From contig CM126230.1 of the NCBI GenBank assembly GCA_052327205.1, forward strand, positions 42,346,001 to 42,410,000: 64,000 nucleotides of DNA, given 5' to 3'. Under the pieces are notes generated by a model. It saw nothing but the letters and a program-made list of their open reading frames with translations, had not been told where the DNA came from and made no database searches. How positions within the stretch are numbered: position 1 is the stretch's first letter; every line of letters begins with the position of its first letter. This DNA is from Somniosus microcephalus (taxonomy: Eukaryota). Made by a program: the position numbers and the translations under genes. This document shows positions 62,196 through 64,000 of the stretch, one piece after another.

Positions 62196-62260
62196 GTAGA
62201 AGACTTTGTGGAACCCAATGGGAAAATCTCTCTCCAGCGCGAAGAAACCCCCTCAAATCG
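62196..62260 (+). CDS. GBF1: GBF1 exon (VEDFVEPNGKISLQREETPSNR)
   Basis: ctgtag|GTA...AATCG|gtagga; 65 nt, phase 0 to 2. Confidence 0.94.
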
Positions 62261-62721
62261 GTAGGAGGCATATTTACATTGTTGAGTGATCTGAGAAGAT
62301 TCAAATTGTGCTCGTCTGATGTTCGATTTTGAGTTTTGCCGCATTATAATCACTTAAAACCTCCACCTGTCCTGTTCATTTCCCAAGTGTTCCGTTTGAT
62401 TTAGAGTATCAGTCAGTCTCCCATAGCATTGCTCTAGTGGAGTTGAGACCAGATGCAGTATTCAGGTCAGGCAGAGTTAGAAAGAGGGGATAACTAGACC
62501 CAGATAAGGGAGAAGGCAGCTGCAGGGGGAGAGGGCGAGGCATTGGGAGAGAGAGGGATGGGGAGGCGAGGAAAGGGGTTGAGGGGATATTGCTAGAAGG
62601 TGGAAAGAGGGGAGGGATAGGTGAATGGGAAGGCAAGGATAGGGCAAAGGGGGGACCGGGGGAGGGGGAATAATAGGAGGAGGGCAGGGAGGTGGAGGAT
62701 ATTTGGATGATTAGTGGAGGG

Positions 62722-62977
62722 TGGGGTTACCAACTCTGCTTGGACATATTCCCGGAGACTTCATCACCTGACCCACAGCCTCCGACCACCCCGCCCAGTC
62801 AAACAGCTTTTCTTCCCCATTTCCAATATTTTTGTAACAAAAGAGTTCATTTAAAAAATAAAAAATAAAAATTTAATGCCCCGATGAATTTTCTCAAGTT
62901 TGCTCACCGCAGTGTCCAGGAGATTAATCTTCAATTCCTGGAAACTCCAGGGCAATCCAGGAGGGTTGGTAACCCAG
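62722..62977. mobile_element. Probable hAT (Blackjack-like) MITE
   Basis: Inverted ends gggttaccaactct / agggttggtaaccc; TSD not cleanly resolved. Confidence 0.55.
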
Positions 62978-63504
62978 GAGGTGGTGAGGGTTGGGAGTGA
63001 GAGGGTTGGGTAGTTTCCCAGGGCCTGTTTTAACGTCGTTTGGAGGAGAGGGTCACAGGGCCAAGGACGATTTCCTTGTTCATTGCTTTAGGGTCATGCT
63101 TTACACCTTCACTCCTTGGCCGATGAGTAACATGGTCGGATATGTACTAATCGGTATTAAAAGAATGAACAGTTCAAGGGTTAATTATGTTCTGCTCTTG
63201 TAGTGTAAAGCTACTATCATAAAATAAGTAATTTCCTCCAATCCTACTGTAAATTTTATAGATACTGATATTAAAATGCTTTGTGCTACCCTCTATGTCC
63301 TTATGCAGTGCCATTCAAAATTATCACCATTAAGTAGAATGATATTGACTCTGATTTTAAATATTATATACAAAAACTGAACAGTTTCAACAAAAAGCTG
63401 GACAACACCATTTTAATAGCTTAAAGGATGTAAACATTTCTGCCATAATTTTTGTCAATTTTCTATACAACAAATACACTTCTCAGAATTCCTGGCAGTC
63501 CAGT

Positions 63505-63946
63505 TAACCCATCACCTATGTGCTCGCTGACCTACATTGGCTCCCGGTTGAGCAACGCATCGATTTAAAAATTCTCATCCTTGTTTTCAAATCCCTCCAT
63601 GATCTCGCCCCTCCCTAGCTCTCTAACCTCCTCCAGCCCTACAACTCTCCAAGATCTCTGCGCTTCCCTAATTCTGGCCTCTTGAGCCTTCCCGATTTTA
63701 ATCGCTCCACCATCGGTGGCCGTACCTTCTGTTGCTCTGGAATTCCCTCCCTAAACCTCTCCGCGCCTCTCTCCTTTAAGACGCTCCTTAAAACCAACCT
63801 CTTCGACCAAGCTTTTGGTCATCTGTCCTAAATTCTCCTTATGTGGCTCGGTGTCACATTGTGTCTGGTAACGCTCCTGTGAAGCGCCGCGGGACATTTT
63901 TACGACTGTACGTTAAAGACGCTGTATAAATGTAAGTTGTTGTTGT
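63505..63946 (+). mobile_element. L2-like LINE 3' end
   Basis: atcacctatgtgctcgctgacctacattggctcccggtt...; close to 42195-42556; tataaatgtaagttgttgttg tail. Confidence 0.85.
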
Positions 63947-64000
63947 AAAATCCGATATTTTTGTTTTGAAATGTAGCGGTGAATCCACAGTTCTGAGCTT

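Larger units (their letters stand above)
4040..62260 (+). other. GBF1: GBF1 gene, internal portion (20 coding exons; both gene ends outside the window)
   Basis: The spliced exons give one open frame with recognisable GBF1 motifs: [28 protein letters not shown] (HUS box), [26 protein letters not shown]. All introns are GT-AG and phases match. Confidence 0.97.

Overview
Eukaryotic, AT-rich, repeat-dense DNA, most likely from a cartilaginous fish (inferred from HE1-like and SacSINE1/DeuSINE-like SINEs and abundant CR1 LINEs). The window lies inside one + strand gene, GBF1 (large Arf-GEF). I traced 20 consecutive GT-AG coding exons (4040-62260, 2,888 nt, about 962 codons, phases consistent). They cover the end of the DCB domain, the HUS domain, the whole Sec7 domain (FRLPGE) and the start of HDS1. 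Start and stop codons lie outside the window. The introns hold CR1, L2 and RTE LINE fragments, Penelope-like elements, tRNA-derived SINEs, TA-flanked and hAT-type MITEs, two candidate solo LTRs and a 66/67-bp minisatellite. Most notable: (1) Penelope-derived repeats carry a minimal hammerhead-ribozyme motif, several in the pre-mRNA sense and one inside a ~165-bp perfect-style hairpin; (2) two nearly identical ~0.95-kb CR1 copies in inverted orientation bracket two GBF1 exons, a circRNA/dsRNA architecture; (3) an RTE insertion has a twin-priming 5' inversion and an 11-bp TSD; (4) there is an in-frame, stop-free 102-nt intron and two NAGNAG acceptors. Everything was read by eye with no database search. 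Exon coordinates were checked against splice sites and phase; repeat boundaries are approximate.
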